From a virus (lineage: Duplodnaviria; Caudoviricetes), in the IMG/VR virus record IMGVR_UViG_3300017913_000496, positions 1 to 29,404 of that record: a stretch of DNA of 29,404 nt; one strand, given 5' to 3'. Shown here one piece after another: positions 1 to 8,690 of the stretch; the stretch's first letter is position 1, and each line of letters starts with the position of its first letter. The notes under the pieces were generated by a model, which was not told the origin of the DNA, ran no database searches, and saw nothing but the letters and a program-made list of their open reading frames with translations. Made by a program: the position numbers and the translations under genes.

Positions 1-141
1 AACCACGAAGAAAGATTCTTCATTTACGAAAACACCGTTTACGGATTACAAAAAAATCCTAATCACTTTAACGATGCATATTATGGCACTAATACTAACA
101 ATTGGGACAGTAAACTTTAAATAATAAAACAAAAAAAAAAC
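1..141. repeat. Terminal direct repeat, left copy (circular assembly overlap)
   Basis: 1-141 is identical to 29264-29404. Confidence 0.97.
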
Positions 142-145
142 AATT

Positions 146-349
146 ATGAAAGTTTCAAAAATATCACAAGGAATTTACAAAGTAACAGACAAACAAGGGG
201 TTTGGATTGCTAAAGGTGGTTTTGCTACTGCAAACAATAAGTGGACTGCTTACGATGCAGAAAATGCAGATGACTGCTCAAATGAAAACAATTGGGCGGT
301 TCAGTTTGACACTTTTAAGCAACTAAAAAAATATTCACAATTATTTTAA
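146..349 (+). CDS. Small hypothetical early protein (67 aa), second ORF of cassette A
   Basis: AAACAATTATG start context; follows the 29144 ORF across the circular junction; hairpin just downstream. Confidence 0.8.
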   Translation: MKVSKISQGIYKVTDKQGVWIAKGGFATANNKWTAYDAENADDCSNENNWAVQFDTFKQLKKYSQLF

Positions 350-357
350 AAGAAAAT

Positions 358-390
358 AATTAACCGGCCGGATTTTCCGGCCTTTTTTTT
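358..390 (+). terminator. AATTAACC-GGC hairpin, intrinsic terminator (copy 1)
   Basis: GGCCGGA-TTT-TCCGGCC (366-382) followed by T8. Confidence 0.8.
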
Positions 391-395
391 GCATT

Positions 396-542
396 ATGAA
401 TCTAACAAAAGAACAACACCAACGATTGGTTGACATCATTGAAAACAAAGTGTTAAACGAATCGTTGAGGTGGGGAATAAGACCCGACGAACACCCCGAC
501 ATTGATTTGTTTAAATCAATAAATCCCAACCCCTTTAATTAG
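396..542 (+). CDS. Hypothetical protein (48 aa, MNLTKEQHQRLVDII...)
   Basis: Hand-translated, below the ORF-track cutoff; ATTATG start; fills the gap between two hairpins. Confidence 0.55.
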   Translation: MNLTKEQHQRLVDIIENKVLNESLRWGIRPDEHPDIDLFKSINPNPFN

Positions 543-552
543 GGGTTTTTTT
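528..552 (+). terminator. Intrinsic terminator
   Basis: AACCCCT-TTAATT-AGGGGTT followed by a T-run. Confidence 0.65.
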
Positions 553-571
553 ATGTCTTTTATTTTTTTAA

Positions 572-579
572 TAACTTTG
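572..579 (+). promoter_or_regulatory. Bacteroidota-type -7 promoter box (TAACTTTG)
   Basis: Matches TAnnTTTG; ends 4 nt before the terS ATG. Confidence 0.6.
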
Positions 580-583
580 CGTT

Positions 584-934
584 ATGGCAACAAAAACCAA
601 CATATTAAAAAACAATTTATTGGAAGCGTTGGAAAAATCAATGGGGATTGTGACAACCGCTTGCAAGCGCGTTAAATGCAACCGTTCAACGTTTTATAAG
701 TATTACAACAACGACAAAGATTTCCGGGACAAGGTTGACGAATTACAAAATTATACTTTGGATATGGTCGAATCAGAATTGCACAAACAAATAATGGAAG
801 GCAACACAACCGCGACAATCTTTTATTTGAAAACAAAAGGAAAAAAACGTGGATTCGTTGAACGCCAGGAAATCCAAATGGACGGCGCCATTGAATCAAA
901 AGTAATTGAATGGAATCCGGCAAAGGAACAATAA
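584..934 (+). CDS. terS: Terminase small subunit
   Basis: N-terminal HTH (ACKRVKCNRSTFYKY), ATIFYLKTKGKKRGFVER motif, overlaps terL. Confidence 0.85.
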   Translation: MATKTNILKNNLLEALEKSMGIVTTACKRVKCNRSTFYKYYNNDKDFRDKVDELQNYTLDMVESELHKQIMEGNTTATIFYLKTKGKKRGFVERQEIQMDGAIESKVIEWNPAKEQ

Positions 935-2088
935 AAGAATTTTGTAACGTCCAATTTTACCAAACGTTAAATTCCAAGGCGCGCATTAAGGTACACCAAG
1001 GCGGGACACGTTCGGGAAAAACTTATGCGATATGTCAATATTTGATTTATCGATTGACGACGACCAAAACCCCGATGACAATATCAGTTGTTCGAAAAAC
1101 CCTTCCGGCGCTCAAACGAAGCGTTTTAAGGGACTTTATTTCAATAGCGACCAAATTGGGTGTATATTACAAAGGAGAGCATAACAAGGCCGAAAACGTG
1201 TTCAAATACAATGGTTCAATTGTTCAATTCCTTTCAACCGACGACCCGCAAAAAATCCGTGGTGCTAAACACGATATTTGTTTTCTGAATGAAGCTAACG
1301 AATTAGATTATGAATCATTCCGCCAATTGAATATGCGAACCGTTGGCGAAATGGTTATTGACTTTAACCCGTCGGACCCGGTCCATTGGTTATATAATGA
1401 AGTCATTGAACGCGACGATTCAGACTTATTTATCACAACGTACAAAGACAATAAATTTTTGCCGTCTGAATTGGTTAAGGAAATCGAACGGATTAAAGAA
1501 CGCGACCCGGACTATTGGCGTGTTTATGGCGAAGGTCAACGCGCCGTGTTTTCAGACCGTCAAATCTTTACGAATTGGAAATATATTCCATTGGCCGATT
1601 TCCCGGAATTTGATGAAACGGTTTTGGGAATTGACTTTGGATTCACAAACGACCCGTTGGCAATCGTTGAGGTTGGCAAAATAAAAGATAAATTGTATAT
1701 CAATGAATTGATGTACAAAAAAGGAATGACCAACCGCGACATTGCGGACTTTCTTAAATCCATAAACAAAAACGATGTGTTGGCCTTTTGTGATTCAGCG
1801 GAACCAAAATCCGTTGTGGAATTGCGACAAATGGGCGTGTTGGCAAAAGGTGCGGTCAAGGGCGCCGGGTCCATTAGCGCCGGAATCAGTTTGTTAAAGG
1901 AACACGAAATAATTGTTTCCAATGAATCAACGAATTTAAAACAAGAACAACACACATACTTTTGGCAAAAGCTAAAGGATGAAACAATAATCAACAAACC
2001 GATTGACGCCAACAACCATTTAATGGACGCGTTGCGTTACGCCGTTTATTCAAAGTACAAAAACCGGACGGAATTTTTCGTCGTTTAA
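910..2088 (+). CDS. terL: Terminase large subunit (PBSX/SPP1-like)
   Basis: Walker A GGTRSGKT, Walker B-like CFLNEA, DFNP, nuclease motifs GIDFG, CDSAEP, NHLMDALRYA. Confidence 0.95.
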   Translation: MESGKGTIKEFCNVQFYQTLNSKARIKVHQGGTRSGKTYAICQYLIYRLTTTKTPMTISVVRKTLPALKRSVLRDFISIATKLGVYYKGEHNKAENVFKYNGSIVQFLSTDDPQKIRGAKHDICFLNEANELDYESFRQLNMRTVGEMVIDFNPSDPVHWLYNEVIERDDSDLFITTYKDNKFLPSELVKEIERIKERDPDYWRVYGEGQRAVFSDRQIFTNWKYIPLADFPEFDETVLGIDFGFTNDPLAIVEVGKIKDKLYINELMYKKGMTNRDIADFLKSINKNDVLAFCDSAEPKSVVELRQMGVLAKGAVKGAGSISAGISLLKEHEIIVSNESTNLKQEQHTYFWQKLKDETIINKPIDANNHLMDALRYAVYSKYKNRTEFFVV

Positions 2089-2092
2089 AATC

Positions 2093-2120
2093 AATTTTAA
2101 ATTTTGTATTTTTACGAAAA
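2093..2120 (+). promoter_or_regulatory. Putative late promoter (GTATTTTTAC class)
   Basis: 2093-2115 is 21/23 identical to 14059-14081; 2101-2120 is 16/20 identical to the 6280/15729 repeat. Confidence 0.55.
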
Positions 2121-2139
2121 TTTTACACCGCAATAAAAT

Positions 2140-4356
2140 ATGGCAAGTTTATTCGACCGCTTTAAATCCCTATTGATAAAAAATTCCCAACAAACGGCCG
2201 CGCAATATAACCGCGCGATTTATAATTGGTTAGGCGATTCCATTGTTTGGAATCCCGAAAACGACGATTCCTATATTACGGAAGGTTACAGAAAAAACGC
2301 GACGATTTATTCATTGATTAATTTAATCACAAAAGCCGCGACAACGATTCCGTTTCAAGTTTATGAAAAGACAAACGAAAACGATTATAAACGTTACAAG
2401 GCGATGACGTCCGGGATAATGGACGCGTCAACAATCCACAAAGCGGCGATGTTGCAAAAACGTTCGTTGGTAGAATTAGAGGACACCGAATTGCATAAAC
2501 TATTGGAACGGCCGAATCCGGCGCAATCTTACAATTCATTTATTACGGAATTAATCGCGTTCGGTAAACTAACGGGCAACCGTTACATTTATGGAATAGG
2601 CCCGGACACGGGCGCCAATGTTGGTAAATATTCCGAATTATATGTGATGCCGTCGCAAATTATGGAAATCGTTTCGGGCGGTATGATGCAACCCGTCGCA
2701 AAATATAAAATCGAATATAACGGGACGTTTGAAATACCGGCGTCCGAAATATGCCATATAAAAGATTTTAACCCGTATTATGACGGGACCGGTTCACACC
2801 TTTACGGTCAATCGCCATTGCGTGCCGGTTTACGTTCATTAACAACAAACAATGAAGCGACACAAACGGGTGTTAAATATTTACAGAACCAAACGGCCCG
2901 CGGTTTATTAATGAGTGACGAAGGGGACATCAACGAAGTGCAAGCGCAACAATTAAAAGATAAATTCAGAAAACAATTCCAAGGTTCGGACAATGCCGGG
3001 GACGTTATTATCACACCGAAAAAATTGTCGTGGGTTAACTTTGGATTAAACGCCGCGGACGTTTCATTGATTGAACAATATAACGCGTCAATAAAAGATT
3101 TGTGTAATATTTACAACGTGCCGGTCCAATTGTTAAACAACACGGATTCGGCGTCATATAACAATATGAAGGAAGCCAAAAAAGCATTATATCAAAATTG
3201 CGTGATTCCGGAATTGTTAAAGATTAAAGACGAATTGAATCGTTGGTTGGCGCCTAAATATGGCGAAAAACTTTGCATTGAATTTGATTTTTCAGTTGTG
3301 CCGGAATTACAAGAAGAAACCGACAAAGTCGTGGACCAATTGACCAAGGCGTGGTGGTTAACACCAAACGAAAAACGCGCCGCAATGAATTACGGAAAAG
3401 ACGAACAAACGTCACAATTAGACGATTATTTTATCCCGGCGAATTTAATTCCGATTCAATCAAACGACGTTGAAATGCCGGTCGAAAACATTGACGTTGA
3501 CGTCAACAAGTTTTTAAATAAAAGTTTGGTTCCGGGAATGACGGACGTTTTCACAACGATTGAAGAAGCCGAAGAACGCGCCGAAGAATTAGGCGGGTCC
3601 GGACATCACGAACACGAATTCGACGGCAACGTTGTTTATATGCCATTTAAAACACATTCAGAATATGAAGAAGCGATTGAGGAATCCAAATATCATCACG
3701 ACGAAGACGAACAAAAACAAATGTCTGCACGATTAAGAAAGGCACTAAAAAAAAAAGCCGACGACCATAACGAAGCGGTAAACAATGCAGCGAGTAAAAA
3801 AACAACCGTCGCAACCCTTTTCAAAGTTTATGAACGTGGAATCGGCGCGTATAGGACCAACCCGTCAAGCGTGCGGCCGTCCGTATCGTCGCCGGAACAA
3901 TGGGCAATGGCCCGCGTAAATTCTTATATATACGCGTTAAGAAACGGCAAATTCAGAAGTGGAAAACACGACACCGATTTGTTGCCGGAAGGCCACCCGA
4001 TGAGTTCAAAAGACAAACCAACAGAAAAGGCCGAAACGTTTTCAGATTATCCACAAACCGCAACCAATAACGCTAAACGAATGTTGGAATGGCGCGAAAA
4101 ATACGGCGATGAAGTACGGGCCGGAACCCCAACGGGGTGGCGTCGTGCGTCGATGTTGGCCAACCGTGCGCCATTAACAATTGAAATGTTGAATCGCATT
4201 AAATCATTTTTTGCACGTCACGAAGGCAACCAAACAATCGCCGACCGTTACAAAGAAACGCCGTGGCGCGACAATGGTTTTGTTTCGTGGAATCTTTGGG
4301 GTGGTACTGCAATGCGCGATTGGGTTAATAAGAAACTAAACGAAATCAACGATTAA
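2140..4356 (+). CDS. HK97-family portal protein with ~300 aa C-terminal extension
   Basis: LLERPNP, GNRYIY, EICHIK, GQSPL, IYNVP and LTPNEKRA portal motifs in the first ~440 aa; follows terL. Confidence 0.92.
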   Translation: MASLFDRFKSLLIKNSQQTAAQYNRAIYNWLGDSIVWNPENDDSYITEGYRKNATIYSLINLITKAATTIPFQVYEKTNENDYKRYKAMTSGIMDASTIHKAAMLQKRSLVELEDTELHKLLERPNPAQSYNSFITELIAFGKLTGNRYIYGIGPDTGANVGKYSELYVMPSQIMEIVSGGMMQPVAKYKIEYNGTFEIPASEICHIKDFNPYYDGTGSHLYGQSPLRAGLRSLTTNNEATQTGVKYLQNQTARGLLMSDEGDINEVQAQQLKDKFRKQFQGSDNAGDVIITPKKLSWVNFGLNAADVSLIEQYNASIKDLCNIYNVPVQLLNNTDSASYNNMKEAKKALYQNCVIPELLKIKDELNRWLAPKYGEKLCIEFDFSVVPELQEETDKVVDQLTKAWWLTPNEKRAAMNYGKDEQTSQLDDYFIPANLIPIQSNDVEMPVENIDVDVNKFLNKSLVPGMTDVFTTIEEAEERAEELGGSGHHEHEFDGNVVYMPFKTHSEYEEAIEESKYHHDEDEQKQMSARLRKALKKKADDHNEAVNNAASKKTTVATLFKVYERGIGAYRTNPSSVRPSVSSPEQWAMARVNSYIYALRNGKFRSGKHDTDLLPEGHPMSSKDKPTEKAETFSDYPQTATNNAKRMLEWREKYGDEVRAGTPTGWRRASMLANRAPLTIEMLNRIKSFFARHEGNQTIADRYKETPWRDNGFVSWNLWGGTAMRDWVNKKLNEIND

Positions 4357-6078
4357 ATGCCAACACCAAAACCCAACGAATCCGAATCAAACTTTGTGGC
4401 GCGTTGTGTTGTTGACCCGGAAGCCGTGAAAGATTTCCCGGACAATGAACAACGAATCGCGTTTTGTTATTCCCAATATGAACGGGCGCAAACAAAAAAA
4501 TATTTGGTTAAGAATTACAAAAGGAATTGGCAACGTGATTTTGAAAAACAATTGGACATTGCCGAACGCAAAGAATCGGCAAAGGTTCGGCGTTACTACA
4601 AACAACAATACAACAAAGGGATTGAAATATTTTTAAACGAGGGTCCAAACAATTTTCAAACGTTATTTAAAAACACCGATTTGTTGGAAATATACAAATC
4701 CCTTTACACAAATATCGGAATGCGGTTCGCTAAATGGTACGCGAAAAACTTTCAAAAATATATTCCAAAATCTTTTGACACGTCCCAATTTGATGACCTT
4801 TGGTTTTCCAAACAATTACAATTAGGAAATGCTATTGGCGCCGAACGCGTTACATTGGTGGCCGGTACGGCCAAAAAAACGTTGATTGATATAACACAAC
4901 GATTTATGAAAACGCCGGAATTCCAAACATTGGGCGCCGTTGAACGTGGACGTATATTGCGAAATCAATTCAATCAATATTCACAATACCAAGCCGAACG
5001 CGTTGTTCGAACCGAAGCAACCGCGGCGGCTAATTTTGCCACAATGCAAGCGGCACAAAGTATTTTTCCGGGCAATCAATTGATGAAGGAATGGTCCGCG
5101 GCGTTTGACGATAGGGTCCGCGATACGCATTCAGAAGCCAACGGCCAACAAGTTATGAACGACAAACCGTTTATTGTAGGCGGTCAACAAATGATGTTTC
5201 CCGGCGACCCCGCGGGTGGTGCGGCCGAAGTTATCAATTGCCGTTGTTCTGTTATTCACATACCGGTGGAAGGTGCGCAAACCATTGGCGAAATAACAGA
5301 CATTAACTTTGGATTAAGTGGTGGCGGACAAACCGGATTTGGATTGGGACGATTTGCAAACACTATTGGTTCAACAATTGTTTCGGGCGCTCAAAATGTA
5401 GCGCAAAGAACCGCCGCGGCTTTTAAAAATGTTAGTGAATTTAAAAAAGGTTTAACGGATTTATTTTCACGATTTGGCATTGATTTAAACACAATAACCG
5501 CGTCCCGAAAATTAACAATTCAACAATACAATTTAATTTTTGACGAATTAGAAAAATTGTTTTCAAAATACAATTTTGGTTCATTAGAAAACCAAACGTC
5601 AATAAAAATGATGTTTAAAAGTGGTTCAAGGACATACGGGTATGTTTCGCGTTACAAAGTTAGTGGTAAATTAGCTAAAATAAATTTAGGCGATTTTATA
5701 GACGATGTAGCAAGCAGAACCCGAATATTAGAAGATAAATTGACGCGTCGTTGGTTTAGTGCTATTGACGCCGATAAAATGTTGTTAGCGACACCGGTTC
5801 ACGAAATGACCCACGTTTTATTGCATTCAAGTATGAAAGGAAAACGGGAATTGTTAGACAAAATAAGAGAGGTTCGGCGCCAATATTATAATGAAATTAG
5901 AGCGTTAAGGGACGCCGGCAATATTAAAAAATACAATGAAATTTATATTGGACGTTATGCGTTACATTCATTAGACGAATTTATCGCCGAATCATTTACG
6001 GAATACACATTGAATTCAAATCCGTCAAAATATGCGCGTATGATTGGCGAATTAATAGACGAATATTTATCAAATTAA
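4357..6078 (+). CDS. MuF (SPP1 gp7-like) minor head protein with C-terminal HEXXH metallopeptidase domain; putative polymorphic toxin
   Basis: AERVVRTE, KEW...DDRVRDTH, FPGDP, INCRC MuF motifs; HEMTH at 5800-5814 and YA...EFIAE at 5977-5991. Confidence 0.88.
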   Translation: MPTPKPNESESNFVARCVVDPEAVKDFPDNEQRIAFCYSQYERAQTKKYLVKNYKRNWQRDFEKQLDIAERKESAKVRRYYKQQYNKGIEIFLNEGPNNFQTLFKNTDLLEIYKSLYTNIGMRFAKWYAKNFQKYIPKSFDTSQFDDLWFSKQLQLGNAIGAERVTLVAGTAKKTLIDITQRFMKTPEFQTLGAVERGRILRNQFNQYSQYQAERVVRTEATAAANFATMQAAQSIFPGNQLMKEWSAAFDDRVRDTHSEANGQQVMNDKPFIVGGQQMMFPGDPAGGAAEVINCRCSVIHIPVEGAQTIGEITDINFGLSGGGQTGFGLGRFANTIGSTIVSGAQNVAQRTAAAFKNVSEFKKGLTDLFSRFGIDLNTITASRKLTIQQYNLIFDELEKLFSKYNFGSLENQTSIKMMFKSGSRTYGYVSRYKVSGKLAKINLGDFIDDVASRTRILEDKLTRRWFSAIDADKMLLATPVHEMTHVLLHSSMKGKRELLDKIREVRRQYYNEIRALRDAGNIKKYNEIYIGRYALHSLDEFIAESFTEYTLNSNPSKYARMIGELIDEYLSN

Positions 6079-6080
6079 AA

Positions 6081-6272
6081 ATGGCTACATTAAAAGAATC
6101 AAACAAAAACAATTGTTTTCATTGCAAAAATTTTAATGAATTTCAAGGCAATTGTAAAGCATTTCCAAGCGGTATTCCTTACGGCGTTGGAACATTAGAA
6201 CCACACGACAAACCAATTGAAGGTCAAAAAAATAATATTGTGTTTGAACGTGGCGAACCAAACCAAAACTAA
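6081..6272 (+). CDS. Small Cys/His protein, putative immunity protein
   Basis: CFHC...CKAFPSGIP...HDKP...IVFE; starts 2 nt after the MuF stop. Confidence 0.7.
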   Translation: MATLKESNKNNCFHCKNFNEFQGNCKAFPSGIPYGVGTLEPHDKPIEGQKNNIVFERGEPNQN

Positions 6273-6279
6273 ATTTCAA

Positions 6280-6299
6280 AATTCGTATATTTACAAAAA
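6280..6299 (+). promoter_or_regulatory. Putative late promoter AATTCGTATATTTACAAAAA
   Basis: Exact 20-bp copy at 15729-15748; both precede major virion genes. Confidence 0.7.
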
Positions 6300-6307
6300 T
6301 TTTTCTT

Positions 6308-6997
6308 ATGAATACAATTCTATACAAAGCGGCGCCCGTTGGCGAATTAATCGACGCCGACGAAAAGGCCGGAATCATAAAAGGTTACGGAAGTTATTTC
6401 GGAAATAAAGATTCCGACAATGACGTAATTATGAAAGGCGCTTACAAAAAAACAATTGCCGAAAACGGGGACCGTGTTAAATATTTATACCAACACGATA
6501 TGAACCAACCAATCGGCAAAATGACGGAATTGTATGAAGATGACAAAGGTTTGGTTTTCGTTGCTGAAATCGCAAAAACCCAATTAGGAAAAGACGTTGT
6601 CGAATTAATGAAATCCGGCGTTATTACTGAAAATTCCGTGGGGATTATGCCAATTCAAAAAAACAACAAAGGCGATTACCGCGAAATAACGGAAGTTAAA
6701 TTGTACGAAATTAGCGCCGTTACATTAGCTGCAAACGACCAAGCCAAAATATTAGACGTCAAAGGAAACATCGACGTCGAAAAACTTTCAAAGCGTTACG
6801 ACAACCTTTCAAAACTAATTCGCAAAGGGGATATTTCCGACGAAATGGCGTTCGCTATTGAAGCCGAAATCTTGAAATTAAAATCGTTATTTGTGGAATT
6901 CACAAAGCCGGCCGCCGACGTCACTTTGCCGAATGTCGAAACAAAACAAGACGATTTCGATGTATATGACTATTTATTAAATTCTTTAAAATCTTAA
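6308..6997 (+). CDS. HK97-family prohead protease
   Basis: GYGSYFGNKDS, LYQHD (His), SVG (Ser), LYEISAVT...AN; directly before the capsid gene. Confidence 0.93.
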   Translation: MNTILYKAAPVGELIDADEKAGIIKGYGSYFGNKDSDNDVIMKGAYKKTIAENGDRVKYLYQHDMNQPIGKMTELYEDDKGLVFVAEIAKTQLGKDVVELMKSGVITENSVGIMPIQKNNKGDYREITEVKLYEISAVTLAANDQAKILDVKGNIDVEKLSKRYDNLSKLIRKGDISDEMAFAIEAEILKLKSLFVEFTKPAADVTLPNVETKQDDFDVYDYLLNSLKS

Positions 6998-7001
6998 AAA
7001 A

Positions 7002-8192
7002 ATGAACGAAGAAGCAAAAAAGCAACTCGACCAATTAGGCGATTTAATCGACGCCAAAATTGAAAAGGCGTCCGGACAAGCTATTGAAAGCGCAACCGGA
7101 AAAGCCGACCAAATGTTGAAAAACGAGATTTCAAATCTTGTTGAAAAATTCAACGAAAGAATGGACGCCATTGAAGTGGCCAACAAAAAAATGAACGTAC
7201 AGAACGAAACAAAATCATTCAAAGGTTCATTGGAACACGAAATCAAAAATGGTGCATTAGACGGTTTAAGAAACGGAAACCAAAGAAGCGCCCGTTTTGA
7301 AGTTAAAGCCGCCGCCGATATGACAATCGCAAACAATTTTACCGGCGAAGTTATCCCCGCGCAAAGAGTGCCAGGATATAAGTTTGACCCAACAAGACAA
7401 GTTCACGTTCGTGAATTGATTCCGGTTGGTTCAACAAGTTCGGACGTTGTGCGATTCATCAAAGAAAGCGCATACGAAGATGGTGCAGCACCTAAAAACG
7501 AGGGCGCAACATTAGGTCAATCGGATTTCGATTTCACGGCAAGCGATTCCAACACACAAAAGATTGGAACATATTTCAGAATTTCTGAAGAAATGTTAAA
7601 CGACACACCGCAATTGACATCATATTTGTCAACGCGTGCGCCGGAAAAACTTTTGTCAGTTGAGGACGACCAAATCTTAAATGGTAACGGAACGGCGCCA
7701 AACCTTTCGGGAATCATTACAGACGCGGCCGATTTCGCCGCCGGTGGATTCGCCGACGCTATTGAAAGCGCAAACGAATTTGACGTGTTAACCGTTGCAA
7801 TGAATCAATTGGCATTGGCTAATTATTCCGCGGATTACATTATGATTAACCCAACAGATTTCCATAAAATCTTATTACTTAAATCGTCGCAAAACGAATA
7901 TTTGGTAAAAGATTGGAACCAAGGATTGCAACCAAGAATTAACGGCGTGCCGGTAATTTTAACAACTGCAATCACTTCCGACAAATACTTAATCGGAAAC
8001 TTTAGCGTTGGAACACAACTTTGGGTTCGTGACAATGTTGGTGTTGAATTCTTCCGTGAAGACGGAACAAACGTTCGTGACGGATTCGTAACGGTACGCG
8101 TTCAAGAACGTGTGGCGCTTACAAATTACCTACCAAATGCGTTTGTAAATGGTGACTTTAGCGTTGACAAAGCAGCATTAGAAACGCCATAA
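7002..8192 (+). CDS. Major capsid protein (HK97 fold, N-terminal delta/scaffold domain)
   Basis: Helical N-terminus, EG..., ISEEMLND, ILNGNG, INGVPV, ERVAL motifs. Confidence 0.95.
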   Translation: MNEEAKKQLDQLGDLIDAKIEKASGQAIESATGKADQMLKNEISNLVEKFNERMDAIEVANKKMNVQNETKSFKGSLEHEIKNGALDGLRNGNQRSARFEVKAAADMTIANNFTGEVIPAQRVPGYKFDPTRQVHVRELIPVGSTSSDVVRFIKESAYEDGAAPKNEGATLGQSDFDFTASDSNTQKIGTYFRISEEMLNDTPQLTSYLSTRAPEKLLSVEDDQILNGNGTAPNLSGIITDAADFAAGGFADAIESANEFDVLTVAMNQLALANYSADYIMINPTDFHKILLLKSSQNEYLVKDWNQGLQPRINGVPVILTTAITSDKYLIGNFSVGTQLWVRDNVGVEFFREDGTNVRDGFVTVRVQERVALTNYLPNAFVNGDFSVDKAALETP

Positions 8193-8216
8193 TTAGGTTT
8201 TTAACTAACCACAAAA

Positions 8217-8249
8217 AGGGTCCGGAATTCGTTTTCGGGCCTTTTTTTT
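8217..8249 (+). terminator. Intrinsic terminator after capsid gene
   Basis: GGTCCGGAA...TTTCGGGCC stem with G-U pairs followed by T8. Confidence 0.75.
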
Positions 8250-8312
8250 ATGCTTTATTTTTAGGCCCTCAACAGATAAGAATGTAAAAAAAACAAAAAA
8301 AACTTTAAAAAA

Positions 8313-8355
8313 AACTGAAAAAATTTTTTTAATTCAATAATGCGCCATATATTTG
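8313..8355 (+). promoter_or_regulatory. Cassette B promoter (TATATTTG 8348-8355) with upstream TGAAAAAATTTTTTTA box
   Basis: TAnnTTTG consensus in an A/T-tract intergenic region. Confidence 0.65.
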
Positions 8356-8397
8356 TAAACGAATTAATAAAACAATTACTAAAAAAAATTAAACATT

Positions 8398-8643
8398 ATG
8401 AGAATTTCAGAAATACAAAAAAGATTGCCAATTTTAGAAAACAGAATCAAAAATGCCTATAACGGCGAATTGTGTAATCAAGGCGTTTACAATGCTTTGA
8501 TTGCTAAAGAAAATGCGGTCAAAAGAATGGAACGGGCAATGGAAAACGAAACTTTTAGTGACTCAAAAGAAATAAAAGAACATTGGGAAATTATCAAAGA
8601 ACAAAGAATTGATATTAAATTATTAAAATTAATATCGTACTAA
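8398..8643 (+). CDS. Small hypothetical early protein (81 aa), cassette B
   Basis: AAATTAAACATTATG start context, identical to the one before 22988; AGA/GCT-rich codons. Confidence 0.8.
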   Translation: MRISEIQKRLPILENRIKNAYNGELCNQGVYNALIAKENAVKRMERAMENETFSDSKEIKEHWEIIKEQRIDIKLLKLISY

Positions 8644-8650
8644 ACAAAAA

Positions 8651-8676
8651 AATTAACCGGCCCGTTTCGACGGGCC
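8651..8676 (+). repeat. AATTAACC-GGC hairpin (copy 2), no U-tract
   Basis: GGCCCGT-TTCG-ACGGGCC (8659-8676). Confidence 0.75.
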
Positions 8677-8690
8677 ACAATTTTAGAAAA

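Noticed and set aside
131-140. A10 tract as a phase-variable switch
   Set aside because: It is intergenic within an A-rich leader typical of this genome, and a length change would not shift a reading frame.
1279-1296. Terminase Walker B reads CFLNE instead of hhhhDE (possible inactivation)
   Set aside because: All other ATPase and nuclease motifs are intact. I recall NE variants in related terminases but could not verify this.
4047-4055. DnaA boxes TTATCCACA at 4047 and 14765
   Set aside because: Isolated, inside Tyr-Pro-Gln codons, and far from the iterons. Compatible with chance.
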